This document shows positions 9,139 to 18,765 of a DNA stretch of 64,000 nucleotides, piece by piece. Every line of letters begins with the position of its first letter. The stretch's first letter is position 1. The position numbers and the translations under genes were made by a program. Source of the stretch: Naegleria gruberi (lineage: Eukaryota); assembly GCA_000004985.1 (NCBI GenBank), contig GG738865.1, one strand, 5' to 3'. The notes under the pieces are model-generated. The model was not told where the DNA came from. It made no database searches and worked only from the letters and a program-made list of their open reading frames with translations.

Positions 9139-10359
9139 TTAAGCATACACACATTTGTGCAGTAAGAAACCGAAATATTTGTACCAATCAATCTTTCTAA
9201 TCAAATTAACTCTGGTAATATAATTTCCAGTTACGAGTCTAAAATATCCAGGAGTTGTTTTACTCCAATCAATGAATTGTTGTTGAAAGGTATTAATTAC
9301 ATCAACCAACCATAAACTGGAAGATGAAACAACTTCATTATTGAAAATAATTTCATGCTGTAAATAATCATCTGTAAATTCTGCAGTACTATTTTGAGCA
9401 CTATATGAATTTAACCACCAACTAATAATATCATAAATAAGAGTTGGTTGTTTTGAAATGGCTACCATCTTTTTTTCACATCCATCTGCAAATAATCTGG
9501 TAAATTTAACAAGTGAGGCATCCATTAATGGTGTTTTTGCCACATAATTAACAGGAAATAGATAAATCTTACTTCTCAATTCATCATATGAAAATATTAC
9601 ATCTCTAGATTTAACATCAAAACCCATATTATATTCTCCATCAAAATCTGTTTGATTTGTTGTTCCTCCATATAAAACAATTTTACCAATTTTATCAAAT
9701 ATATATTCATCCCTTTCTCTACAATATTGTAGAGTTTTAGCTAAATTAGTAACTGGTCCTAATACCAGAAAGTTAATAGTATCAGAAGCAGATTTAATAA
9801 TCTGATATGACTTTTCTAAATAATCATCTTGAAATTCATAATTAAGATCATATTTTCCAGTTCTATTTTGTAAAACTTTGTGTATAAAATCTCCTAACAT
9901 GTATTTTCTCATACGTATACCATCTTCAGATGAAAATCTTTGTCCTTTATCATTAGTCATATGGTCTCCTCTTAATAATAAAGTATTATTAATATTATAT
10001 GTTTGTCTATTATAAATGAATGTATTTCTCTTATTTAAAAACATTTTCCAAATATCAGAAATTGCAAATGTTTCATCTCCTATTTTTAATTCATCAAAAT
10101 CATCACCACTATCCTGTAATTCACTTGATGTTGTTACAAGTGCCATTAATGTTTTGTTTTTTGAATTTCTAATCATTAAATTCAAAGAAATTAAATGATT
10201 AACAGAAATATCCGAATGAATAATCCATTGATCTGTATTCTTTATTTTAGTAGTATAGGGTTGTCTCACTACATTTATGAATATCCCAATCACTGCCGCT
10301 ATAAACACAACTGCTAATCCAATAGAAAATAAAAGAGTTTGAGCTGTGTGTTCTTTCAT
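9139..10359 (-). CDS. Inosine-uridine-preferring nucleoside hydrolase (IUNH)-like protein with an N-terminal signal anchor. It is probably a divergent or inactive family member.
   Basis: ATG at 10359. A hydrophobic TM helix (LLFSIGLAVVFIAAVIGIFINVV) lies at residues 9-31. The IUNH motifs FLVLGPVTNLAKTL (LVxxGPLTNxA) and GGTTNQTDFDGEYNMGFDVKSRDVIFS (MGGA..GN.tP.AEFNI..DPEAA..VF.S) are present. The expected N-terminal DxDxxxDD metal-binding cluster is degenerate (IIHSDISVNHLISL). Confidence 0.5.
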   Translation of the reverse strand: MKEHTAQTLLFSIGLAVVFIAAVIGIFINVVRQPYTTKIKNTDQWIIHSDISVNHLISLNLMIRNSKNKTLMALVTTSSELQDSGDDFDELKIGDETFAISDIWKMFLNKRNTFIYNRQTYNINNTLLLRGDHMTNDKGQRFSSEDGIRMRKYMLGDFIHKVLQNRTGKYDLNYEFQDDYLEKSYQIIKSASDTINFLVLGPVTNLAKTLQYCRERDEYIFDKIGKIVLYGGTTNQTDFDGEYNMGFDVKSRDVIFSYDELRSKIYLFPVNYVAKTPLMDASLVKFTRLFADGCEKKMVAISKQPTLIYDIISWWLNSYSAQNSTAEFTDDYLQHEIIFNNEVVSSSSLWLVDVINTFQQQFIDWSKTTPGYFRLVTGNYITRVNLIRKIDWYKYFGFLLHKCVYA

Positions 10360-10776
10360 TTTTTTTTACTGCATGATGAAATTTTCCAAAGCCTTTGCAA
10401 AAAGATAATCAATTGATTATGATGATGATTTACTTTTTATTTATTTTTTAATGGAAATTCATACAAATGATGAATGAAGAATGTTTATAGCCAAGAAAAT
10501 TACAATTTCAATATTTTCTGATATTCTTCATCGGGTGATGAAAGTTTATTTAATTATTTATCATACATCAGGCGGGAAAAATATTCAATTAAAATTTGTG
10601 ATGAAAAAATTACTTCATAAAAAAAAGTGAAAAAAAAAAGCATCAACAAATTTTCAGAGTTGTTCTGAGAACATTAAATTTATAACCATCAACAAATTTT
10701 AAAGCGGATTCACACAATTTTGACCATATTATCATCATAGTTAACAAAACAATAACAACAATATCATTGGAAAATT

Positions 10777-11086
10777 ATGAAAAGAGATAAAAAATTTGCC
10801 AATATCAAGAATAAGATTCAAAATCTTAAAAAGAGAAAAACAACTCCAAATGAAAAGAAGAGACAAGTACAGTATAATGAAGATGATGATATTATTCATT
10901 CATCGGAAGAAGAATTTGAAGTGAGTGCTGAACAATTAGCTAAAACAGCTGATGATGATGATGAAAAAGTTATTAGAGATGCAAGTGAAGTTGTTGAACA
11001 AAAAGAAGAAGAAGAAAAATTGACAGCTGCAGAAAAGAGAGTTTTAAATGCTAAACAATTTTTAGATAATTTGAAACAATATGAAG
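10777..11086 (+). CDS. rrp9: U3 snoRNP protein Rrp9/U3-55K, exon 1 (Lys/acidic N-terminus). It ends in phase 1 at G|GTAAAG.
   Basis: ATG at 10777. A GT donor at 11087 lies directly after …QYEG. The downstream exons continue the frame into the WD-repeat body. Confidence 0.7.
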
Positions 11087-11134
11087 GTAAAGTATTTCAT
11101 TTTGAAATTTTATAATTTTCATGATATTTAACAG

Positions 11135-11214
11135 AGGATAAAGAGGATCAAGATGAATACAATCAAATGTTAAATGAACAAGATCCTATTGCTCAAGCTC
11201 TTAAAAGAGAAGCT
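11135..11214 (+). CDS. rrp9: Rrp9/U3-55K, exon 2 (EDKEDQDEYNQMLNEQDPIAQALKREA).
   Basis: Acceptor …ATTTAACAG at 11125-11134 and GTAAGT donor at 11215. Phase bookkeeping is consistent: 1 nt carried in, ending in phase 0. Confidence 0.65.
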
Positions 11215-11387
11215 GTAAGTATTGATTTAATATTTCTATTATTTACTTACTTTTTATAATAATACATGATATTTACATTTAATATAATACTTAACATTTA
11301 CTTTATAATACTTAACATTTACTTGATAACTACTTGATATTTACTTAACATTTACCTTTTTTTGATAAAAATTATTAACTTTAATAG
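11215..11387 (+). repeat. Rrp9 intron 2 (173 nt) carrying 4-5 imperfect direct copies of an ~13-17 nt unit (…ACTTAACATTTAC(TT)…).
   Basis: Seen directly: tacttaacatttactttataatacttaacatttacttgataactacttgatatttacttaacatttacc. Confidence 0.6.
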
Positions 11388-12578
11388 TTAAAAGCAAAGA
11401 AACAAATACCTTCAAGTTATCATAAATATCTTGAAGAATTAGATTTCAAAGATGAAGGAGTAGTGACATTTTTGAAAGGACATAAAAAACCACCTACTTG
11501 TATTTCATTGGATAATACAAATTCACAACAATTAAAAGGATTTTCAGTTGGTAAAGATGGATGTATTATAAATTGGGATTTTAACAAGGGAAGTAAAATA
11601 TCAATTACCAAAAAAGCACATGATAATTTAGAAATTTTATCTTGTGCACTAAGTTTTGATGGAAATATATTAGCAACAGGAGGAAAAGATTGTAAAATTC
11701 GATTATGGGATACAAAAACAATGAAACAAATTGATGTTTTAGATGGACATTTTAAACCAGTTACAAGTTTAGCATTCCAAATGGGACATTTATCAAATAT
11801 TACTGGTTCTTCAAATAATTCTTCATATGCTTATCAATTATATTCAGGTTCTATGGATAGAACTGTTAAAGTTTGGGATGCTAAAGAATGTTCATTTGTT
11901 GATACTTTATATGGTCATGAAAGTGAAGTACAAGGTATTGATACAATGATTACTCCACACGCTCTAAGTTGTGGTTCTGATGCAACTTTAAGATATTGGA
12001 AAGTTGAAGATGAAACTCAACTCATTTACAAATCTTCTACTACTAAATATAGTATTGATTGCATGAAAATGTTAAGAGAAAATTGCTTTTTAAGTGGTTC
12101 ACAAGATGGTTCTCTTTCTTTATGGTTAAAGACAAAGAAAAAACCAATTTCACATTTCCCTTCTGCTCATGGTGGTGAATGGATTACTTCTGTTGGTGCT
12201 TTACGTTTCTCTGATATTGCTGCAAGTGGTTCTTCAGATGGTTATATGAAATTATGGAGATGTGATCCAAATACAAAGGTTTTACAATTGAAGAATAATA
12301 TTCCAATGGCTGGTTTCATTAATTCTATAGAATTTAATTCAAATGGTCAATTTTTAGCTGCTGCAATTGGTCAAGAACATCGTTTAGGAAGATGGTCAAG
12401 AAGACCACAAGCCAAGAATGGTATTGCAATTGTTAAATTATTATCAGAAGAAACGATAGAAAAGGCAAAATTAGATCCATCCAATAATTATGTTAAACAT
12501 TCTGATCGTGATAATGAATATGACGATTTTGCAGGTGACGAAGAAGAGGAAGATGATAGTGGTAACTTTTTCTTATAA
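11388..12578 (+). CDS. rrp9: Rrp9/U3-55K, exon 3 (WD40 repeats and the conserved C-terminus).
   Basis: Acceptor TTTAATAG at 11380-11387. The track 'M' at 11463 is a GTG inside this exon. The C-terminus SDGYMKLWRC…AGFINSIEFNSNGQFLAAAIGQEHRLGRWSRRPQAKNGIAIVKL matches human RRP9 (…VGFINSLKFSSSGDFLVAGVGQEHRLGRWWRIKEARNSVCIIPL). The exact acceptor is less certain than the identity. Confidence 0.8.
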   Translation, partial: LKAKKQIPSSYHKYLEELDFKDEGVVTFLKGHKKPPTCISLDNTNSQQLKGFSVGKDGCIINWDFNKGSKISITKKAHDNLEILSCALSFDGNILATGGKDCKIRLWDTKTMKQIDVLDGHFKPVTSLAFQMGHLSNITGSSNNSSYAYQLYSGSMDRTVKVWDAKECSFVDTLYGHESEVQGIDTMITPHALSCGSDATLRYWKVEDETQLIYKSSTTKYSIDCMKMLRENCFLSGSQDGSLSLWLKTKKKPISHFPSAHGGEWITSVGALRFSDIAASGSSDGYMKLWRCDPNTKVLQLKNNIPMAGFINSIEFNSNGQFLAAAIGQEHRLGRWSRRPQAKNGIAIVKLLSEETIEKAKLDPSNNYVKHSDRDNEYDDFAGDEEEEDDSGNFFL

Positions 12579-12680
12579 ATAAATTATTTTAGTTCAATCT
12601 TAAATTCCAGCCAATAGGTTTTACTCTTTGTGGAGCCATAGTTCAATAGTTAATGATCAGCTTATTGTAAAGAATGGCGT

Positions 12681-13784
12681 TTATTCATCATCTTCCATAT
12701 CAGAGAATGGTTCTGAAATATCTGAAATGGCTGAATCTTCTTCATCTTGTTCTTCTTCTACTTTGGTTGGATTTTCTTCATATTTCACATACTGTAATTT
12801 ACCTTGTTGAATTCTCTTAGATTCTTCAGCTTGAAGGAATTGTTTAAGTGTTTCAGTAATTTCCTTTGATTTAACAGATCCAATTTGAGCACATTCTAAA
12901 ATTTGATCCTTTGTCAAAGCCAAACCACCACCTTTTTGAATGGCACACAATTCCTTGTGAGCATTAAGGGCAATGGTCATAAAACCTTCTGCAATCATTT
13001 CCTCTTTTTTACATGGATCAACAACGAATAAAGTAGCCGAATCATGATCAAAGAATGAAAAAGATGTACAAATAGGAATGTGATGAACACTCAATGGAAC
13101 TGGTTGTCTATCTTGAACAGTGTGAACAACAACTCTATCACCTTCAATTGTAACTTCAGGTCTCTTAAAATGTAAAAGTGCAGCAACAGCAGCTAAATGA
13201 CAACAATCAAAAACATTTCCATCATCTTGTAAAATATGTACATCAACACGTAAACTCCAAACCTTTCTTCCTGCAATAATACATAAAGCTTCTGTATCAA
13301 TAGATCTTGATCCTCTTAAAGAACGATCAATAACTCTTCCAATTTCAATACATAATTCTCTTTGTTGAGATGTTTGTTTTGTTCCTATTGGTCTTGAACC
13401 AACTGTACTAAAATCTATTTGAAATGTTAAAAATCCTTCGTTTGGTCTATCCATATATGGTTCCATAATACTACAAGAAACAATTCCCAATGCAATTGTA
13501 TTTCCTAATGTAACTTGAACTTGTCCTGAAGGAACAGCAAGTTCTTGTGAAGATGTTGGTAAAGAAAATTCAATACTTCTATAATCATATAAATCACGTC
13601 CATCAATTCTTAAAATACTCGGGAGTGAGGATGATGATGATGACGATACTATTGGAGTTGATTTCTTTGAATCCGATTTATTTGTACTTGTTGGAGTATT
13701 AGATTCAATAGGCTTGTTTTCATCAAGTGTTGTTAGAATAAAATTCTTTTCATTGCTCGAAAGTGCTGAAGGCTTTAAAGACAT
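12681..13784 (-). CDS. exosc9: Exosome complex component Rrp45/EXOSC9 (RNase PH-like).
   Basis: ATG at 13784 and TAA at 12681-12683. It aligns by eye along the whole length to human EXOSC9, for example RIDGRDLYDYRSIEFS vs RLDGRQTYDYRNIRISF, IDTEALCIIAGRKVWSLRVDVHILQDDGNVFD vs IDTESLCVVAGEKVWQIRVDLHLLNHDGNIID, and PVPLSVHHIPICTSFSFF vs PVPLSIHHMPICVSFAFF. It has an acidic C-terminal tail. Confidence 0.9.
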   Translation of the reverse strand: MSLKPSALSSNEKNFILTTLDENKPIESNTPTSTNKSDSKKSTPIVSSSSSSSLPSILRIDGRDLYDYRSIEFSLPTSSQELAVPSGQVQVTLGNTIALGIVSCSIMEPYMDRPNEGFLTFQIDFSTVGSRPIGTKQTSQQRELCIEIGRVIDRSLRGSRSIDTEALCIIAGRKVWSLRVDVHILQDDGNVFDCCHLAAVAALLHFKRPEVTIEGDRVVVHTVQDRQPVPLSVHHIPICTSFSFFDHDSATLFVVDPCKKEEMIAEGFMTIALNAHKELCAIQKGGGLALTKDQILECAQIGSVKSKEITETLKQFLQAEESKRIQQGKLQYVKYEENPTKVEEEQDEEDSAISDISEPFSDMEDDE

Positions 13785-13955
13785 TTTTTTATAAATTTAA
13801 ATTCCAAAACATTTTTGAAATAATTATTTTATGATGAAATATTATGAATTCATTGGTTTTATAATGTTGATTGAATCTAAATTTCACTAATAGATTGACT
13901 ATCAATTTGTAAAGATAACGAAAGATTTTATTAATATTAAATTTAATATAAAAAA

Positions 13956-14210
13956 ATGGAGAATATGCAAAGAATAGTTCAACTTTCATGGATTCCCGAT
14001 AAGAAGGTTGATATTGATAGAGATTGTGATATGTGTATATTATTTCATGATTCACCATGTGCTAATCAATTTGATTCCTTCTTAACAAGTAAGAATGAAA
14101 CAGATTTTGATAAAGTTAAACAATGTTTGGATGCTAACAAGGCTCTTTTTGATACGAGACAAGAGGAAATTCATCAAAAGATTCAACCATTCTTTCCAAA
14201 GAATAATTAA
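13956..14210 (+). CDS. Small hypothetical protein of 84 aa with a C-x2-C-x7-C…C cysteine pattern (DCDMCILFHDSPC…KQCLD).
   Basis: ATG at 13956 after an A6 run. This is a compact ORF in a 170-bp divergent intergenic region shared with exosc9. No family is recognised. Confidence 0.35.
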   Translation: MENMQRIVQLSWIPDKKVDIDRDCDMCILFHDSPCANQFDSFLTSKNETDFDKVKQCLDANKALFDTRQEEIHQKIQPFFPKNN

Positions 14211-14562
14211 ACCACGAGGAAGAAGAAGTGGTAATTGTTCTATCTAACAAGAACAAAAACAACAACAAGAATTTTCCTTCTATTAATGATTGGCTATATG
14301 AAACTAACAAGAAAGAGGAGTAAAAAAGGACTAATAGCTCCACAAAGATTACATTTTGAACTAGTCACGACACTATAATAACATGATAATTCATCATTGT
14401 GATGATGATAAGATTGAAGGCTTTAAATTATTTAATTGAATTTAATTAAAAAAATAAATGCAAAACATTCAACAAGAAGCCTAATTTTATCATACATTAA
14501 TAATAACTAATAACTAAATAATCCTACAAAGAGGAAGATAAAGTTTATAATTGTATATAATA

Positions 14563-17500
14563 ATGCCACCAAAGAAAAACAATCAACCTAAAATAACTGC
14601 CTTTATTTCAAAAAAGTCTTCTTCAACTAATGAATCATCTTCCGAAGAGCCTTTAAAACTGTCAGATCTACTACCACCATCATTAGCTTCATTTGCATCA
14701 TCATCATTAATAGAACAATCAAAGGAACATCATCATGGAGAACATATACAAATTGCAACAGAACATCAAGAAACCTTTCAACCACCACCATCATCATCAT
14801 TCTTATCTGGAACACCAGGATTATCTTTACCTAATAATGATGGTTCTTTATTGTCACTATTTGGAGGAGAATACTTGACTGAAATCATTCCAATTGAACA
14901 AGATAATCAACATCATCCAACAACACTTTTTGAAACTAATATTTCAAAATCATTGGAAAATCAGAATGCTCCATTAAATATTAGTGATCTTATGATGGAT
15001 GATTTACATATTGGTGGAATTGGTAGTGGAGTTGATTCAACCCCAAGTTTGGATGAATTAAAGAATCTTGATATTGGAAAATATATTGAAGAACAAACAG
15101 GTTCAGCTACAAATCAAGTACAAACAGCAATGCAAATTTGTAACATTTTCAGAGAACCTGGTAATCAACAAAATTCAGAATTGTTAAAACAAGCAACAAG
15201 TTCCTTGATAGATCAACAAGAAAATGAAAGTGATGATGATGATAATAGAAGTGTAATGACAGAATCATCTCAAGTAACATCTGAAAATTATAAAGGAGAT
15301 GATTTTGATGAAATTTATGGACCAGATGAGGGTGAAGGAGATTATGATTATTTGGATGATATCTTGAAAGGAATGTTAAAAAGAAAAAAGAGAAAGAGAG
15401 CAATGAAATCTAAAAAAACTAGGAAAAAGAAGGAAGACAAAATACCAAAAGAGGTTAAAGAAATGTTAGGTGAAGCAAATCTTGAATTTATTGGTGCAAA
15501 TTTTTCAAAAGCAGTTCAAATTTTATTAGAAGTTATTCGTGTTTGTCCAAATATTTCTGATCCATATCATACACTGGGTCTTATTTATGAAGAATTGGGT
15601 ATTTTAGATAAGGCAACTGATTTTTATTTAATTGCTGGTTTACTTTCACCAACAAATTTAGAGTTTTGGAATAGACTTTCAGAATTATGCATCTCAACAA
15701 ACAAACTTCAACTTGCTGCTTATTGTTTGAGAAGAATTTACTTAATTGATCCAAAGAATTATAACGCAAGAATCAAACAATGTGAACTTTTCATGATACT
15801 TAATCAACCACAAAGAGCCATTAATGGATACAAATCACTTTTGAAACAATTTCCTGGTGATGTTCCAGTTGTAATGTCATTGGCAAAGATTTACTATGAA
15901 CTTAATAGAGTTTTTGATGCTATTGATGTTTTACAAGAGGCAATTTCTAGAGATGAACAACGTGTAGATTTAACTCTAGTGAACATGCTCGCAGAGTTAT
16001 TCATCAATGAAGGTTGGTATGAAAAGGCTGTCAAACTTATTGAAAGAATTAGTGTTCAACAAAATTGTCCAATTGAAATTATGCCACCTGATATTTCTTC
16101 AAAATATGCAATTTCTCAAACCTATTTAGGAAAGCTTTCTAATGAAAAAGTTGAAAGTATTTTTGAAGATATTTTAAAATCACCTGTTGCAGAATTTGGT
16201 GATTTATTTTTCAGTATTGCAGAAATGTATTACGTTGTCAATGAATTTAGGAAAGCACTTAATGTTTACTCACTACTTACAACAAGTGAAGTTTATAATA
16301 AGGCATCAATTTGGTTAAGAATTGCTGAATGTTACAAATCTTTGAATGAAGTTGATGAATCAATCAAGTATTGTGAAATGGTTCTCCATGTAATTCCTGA
16401 CAATGTTGAAGCTAGAATATTATTGAGTGAAATTTATAAGGATATTGGTGATATTCAAAAGGCTGTTGATGTTCTTGAACATTCTGGTAGTGAAAGAGCA
16501 AAGAAAGATTTGGCCTCTCTCAGAAAATCATTTGACAAGTCTAGTAATGGTAACGATGATGATTACAACAGTGATGATGATGATAGTGATAAAGAGGGAG
16601 ACTATTCATCTGATGAAGATACAGAACAAGAGAAGGATCCAGATTTTAACCCTGAAGATATAGAACCAAGTGATGATGACATTAATTTACCTGACGATAT
16701 GGAAGATGAAAAAACTGAGGAACAAAATAGAACTGAAAAAGTTAAAGATATTAGAATTATGGTTAAGAAAGCTTGGATTTTACATTCGACTGGACAACAT
16801 GAGGAATTTATCAAAACTGCTCTTCCAGTAGTTTTGAGTATTCTTGATCTTGATCAGGAAAATCCAGAATGGATGAAAGAATTAGGAAAGAGGAAGAAAC
16901 GTATCATTCTCAATTATGATATTGGTCTCAAGAGACAAAGAAAAAAGATTGTTGATGTATCTAAGGAAGATGGTTGGACATGGACTGAAGCATTAAGTGC
17001 TATGGGAGATTATAATCTTTATACTTTTATTGTTGCTCTGTGTAAAGTATTGGCATATTGTCAACAGAATGAGGAATGTTTAAGAATATTATCAGTTTTA
17101 CTTTTAAATTCAAGATCCACAAGAAAAAAGTTTACATTCAAATCACATGAAGAAAAACAAAGAAAGAGGCAACATTTAAGATATTTATATGTTGCTGTTT
17201 CGTATAATAGTGGATTTTACAAACGTGCCTATAATGCAATTCGTCCAATTATTTCAGACAAACCATACAGCATACCATTACTTAATCTTTTCAATAAGAT
17301 TACAACTAGAGTTGGTAATATTTTAGCAAATCATGGTTTCATGTTAAGATTATTGGACAAACATCCACAATCAGTTCCATTAATGCTCCTGGTTGGTCAT
17401 AATTGTGCTATGAGTGGAAGTCACAAATTAGCTATTGGTGAATATTTTAGAGCTTATAGATTTATGCCAAATGAACCAATAATTAGTTTGTGTCTAGGAT

Positions 17501-17829
17501 TGAGTTATCTCAATTTAGTTATGAATAGAAGAACTGCTAATAGAAATCTTCATGTCATGCAAGCATTCACATTCCTGTATAGATATTTTGAATTACGAGA
17601 GGGAAATCAAGAAGCTCACTTTAATTTGGCTCGTGCATATCATCAACTTCGTTTATATCATTTAGCAACACCTTATTATAAGAAAGTACTTGAATTATCT
17701 GATTCTGGTAAAATTCAACCTGATTCTGATTTGAAGAGAGAAGCTGCTTATAATTTATCATTAATTTATAAGGAATCGAGTAATTATTCACTTGTAGAAT
17801 ATTTAACTGAAAAGTATTTGACAATTTAA
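14563..17829 (+). CDS. gtf3c3: General transcription factor IIIC subunit 3 (TFIIIC102 / Tfc4 / GTF3C3), a TPR protein.
   Basis: The true ATG is at 14563. The track starts at a TTG at 14551. EANLEFIGANFSKAVQILLEVIRVCPNISDPYHTLGLIYEELGILDKATDFYLIAGLLSPTNLEFWNRLSEL matches human GTF3C3 (GEANIHFARGEYEEAIKLLMEVIRQDPYHAQAWFTLGMIYEEQGNLEKALQFYLIAAHLNPSDTEEWVRLAEM). It has an acidic N-terminus and an acidic Ser/Asp cluster in the middle, typical of this family. Confidence 0.88.
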   Translation: MPPKKNNQPKITAFISKKSSSTNESSSEEPLKLSDLLPPSLASFASSSLIEQSKEHHHGEHIQIATEHQETFQPPPSSSFLSGTPGLSLPNNDGSLLSLFGGEYLTEIIPIEQDNQHHPTTLFETNISKSLENQNAPLNISDLMMDDLHIGGIGSGVDSTPSLDELKNLDIGKYIEEQTGSATNQVQTAMQICNIFREPGNQQNSELLKQATSSLIDQQENESDDDDNRSVMTESSQVTSENYKGDDFDEIYGPDEGEGDYDYLDDILKGMLKRKKRKRAMKSKKTRKKKEDKIPKEVKEMLGEANLEFIGANFSKAVQILLEVIRVCPNISDPYHTLGLIYEELGILDKATDFYLIAGLLSPTNLEFWNRLSELCISTNKLQLAAYCLRRIYLIDPKNYNARIKQCELFMILNQPQRAINGYKSLLKQFPGDVPVVMSLAKIYYELNRVFDAIDVLQEAISRDEQRVDLTLVNMLAELFINEGWYEKAVKLIERISVQQNCPIEIMPPDISSKYAISQTYLGKLSNEKVESIFEDILKSPVAEFGDLFFSIAEMYYVVNEFRKALNVYSLLTTSEVYNKASIWLRIAECYKSLNEVDESIKYCEMVLHVIPDNVEARILLSEIYKDIGDIQKAVDVLEHSGSERAKKDLASLRKSFDKSSNGNDDDYNSDDDDSDKEGDYSSDEDTEQEKDPDFNPEDIEPSDDDINLPDDMEDEKTEEQNRTEKVKDIRIMVKKAWILHSTGQHEEFIKTALPVVLSILDLDQENPEWMKELGKRKKRIILNYDIGLKRQRKKIVDVSKEDGWTWTEALSAMGDYNLYTFIVALCKVLAYCQQNEECLRILSVLLLNSRSTRKKFTFKSHEEKQRKRQHLRYLYVAVSYNSGFYKRAYNAIRPIISDKPYSIPLLNLFNKITTRVGNILANHGFMLRLLDKHPQSVPLMLLVGHNCAMSGSHKLAIGEYFRAYRFMPNEPIISLCLGLSYLNLVMNRRTANRNLHVMQAFTFLYRYFELREGNQEAHFNLARAYHQLRLYHLATPYYKKVLELSDSGKIQPDSDLKREAAYNLSLIYKESSNYSLVEYLTEKYLTI

Positions 17830-17922
17830 ATAAATTTCAATAAGAATTGATTGGAAAATTTCAAATAATATTTCAAATAAAAATAATTCAAGAAACAATT
17901 TATATTAAATTATAATAATAAA

Positions 17923-18023
17923 TTATTGGAACAACTTTTTAGCAATGGTAGTAACATGTTTTCCTTGGAATCTTGCCATTTCCTTTTCTTGATCAGATGG
18001 CAATCTTTCACCTTTTCCACCAG
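17923..18023 (-). CDS. WrbA-type flavodoxin-like NAD(P)H:quinone oxidoreductase, exon 5 (last exon, …[33 protein letters not shown]).
   Basis: Hand translation of the minus strand. The stop is TAA at 17923-17925 (plus TTA). The acceptor follows the 54-nt intron 18024..18077. It enters in phase 1. Confidence 0.75.
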
Positions 18024-18077
18024 CTATTCAAGTAATTAACGTTAATAAATATCAAAAATGATGATTCTCAAACTTAC

Positions 18078-18185
18078 CAATAGTAGCACAACCATATGGT
18101 GAACCTCCCTTAATTTCATCCAAACCCATTTGAGTTGAACATGAATAAGGTAAACCAACATAAACCATACCATGGTGAAGAAGGA
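18078..18185 (-). CDS. WrbA-like quinone oxidoreductase, exon 4 ([36 protein letters not shown]).
   Basis: Matches the E. coli WrbA [44 protein letters not shown] donor follows (plus ACTTAC at 18072-18077). Confidence 0.8.
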
Positions 18186-18292
18186 CTGTTGAAAAAAATG
18201 AAATAATTGTTAAATAGAGGACCGTAATTGTACCAAATAAAGTTAAAAACGGTAAATGGTTGTTTACCAAATATAGTATAAGCTATACTCAC

Positions 18293-18503
18293 CTGGTAAC
18301 GAAGAAAGCACCGTAACCTCATTTCCTCCATGTTGTGTAGCACTGGAAGTAAAGAAGGAACCAACCTTACCAACCAAAGCACCACTTGCCCAATGTCCAC
18401 CAGTTGCATCCAAGAAGGACTTTAATTGAGCTGTCATGGTACCAAATCTGGTTGGAGAACCGAAAATAATTGCATCATAGGATGGAAGTTCAGCAGTAGT
18501 TGC
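18293..18503 (-). CDS. WrbA-like quinone oxidoreductase, exon 3 ([70 protein letters not shown]).
   Basis: Matches the WrbA [68 protein letters not shown] donor follows (plus ACTCAC at 18287-18292). The acceptor after intron 18504..18628 is AATAG. Confidence 0.85.
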
Positions 18504-18628
18504 CTATTACATGTTTTGAAAATGATAATATCAATAATTTCGATTTCGAATTTTAAAGTTAGTTATTTGATCATCAATGAATTCAAATATCAAAATAAAC
18601 ATCAATCAAATAAAATATGAAAACATAC

Positions 18629-18765
18629 AATTGGAATGTGAGCAAAAGCCTTTTGAGCATCAATAGCATTCATCTTTTCTAAAACTTCAACTGGCAGAGT
18701 TTCTGGAACTCTCTTTACAACAACTTCAGCTCCTTCAACTTGTCTTGCACCTTCAGCAATGGCCT
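18629..18765 (-). CDS. WrbA-like quinone oxidoreductase, exon 2 (…[46 protein letters not shown]).
   Basis: Matches the Wrb[35 protein letters not shown] donor follows (plus …ACATAC). The acceptor after the 155-nt intron 18766..18920 is TTCTCATAG. Confidence 0.85.

Noticed and set aside
12628-12810. 60-aa plus-strand ORF between rrp9 and exosc9.
   Set aside because: It is antisense to the acidic C-terminal tail of exosc9 and is a poly-Ser mirror frame.
13789-14058. 89-aa minus-strand ORF and also 14134..14343 (-) 69 aa.
   Set aside because: These are AT-rich low-complexity frames overlapping the promoter and small ORF at 13956..14210. They are antisense or intergenic artefacts.
14551-14562. 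Track start of the TFIIIC ORF at 14551 (also 11463 for rrp9, 4487 for the 3705 ORF, and 19 for the first ORF).
   Set aside because: These 'M' residues are TTG/GTG codons under the ORF finder's alternative-start table. I used the first ATG (14563) or an intron model instead.
16602-16814. 70-aa minus-strand ORF (poly-Ser) inside gtf3c3.
   Set aside because: It is antisense to the acidic Asp/Ser-cluster coding region. Reverse-complementing GAT/GAA/TCA repeats automatically gives an open Ser-rich frame.
18426-18620. 64-aa plus-strand ORF.
   Set aside because: It lies entirely within intron 2 and exon 3 (antisense) of the WrbA-like gene. It is AT-rich and low-complexity.
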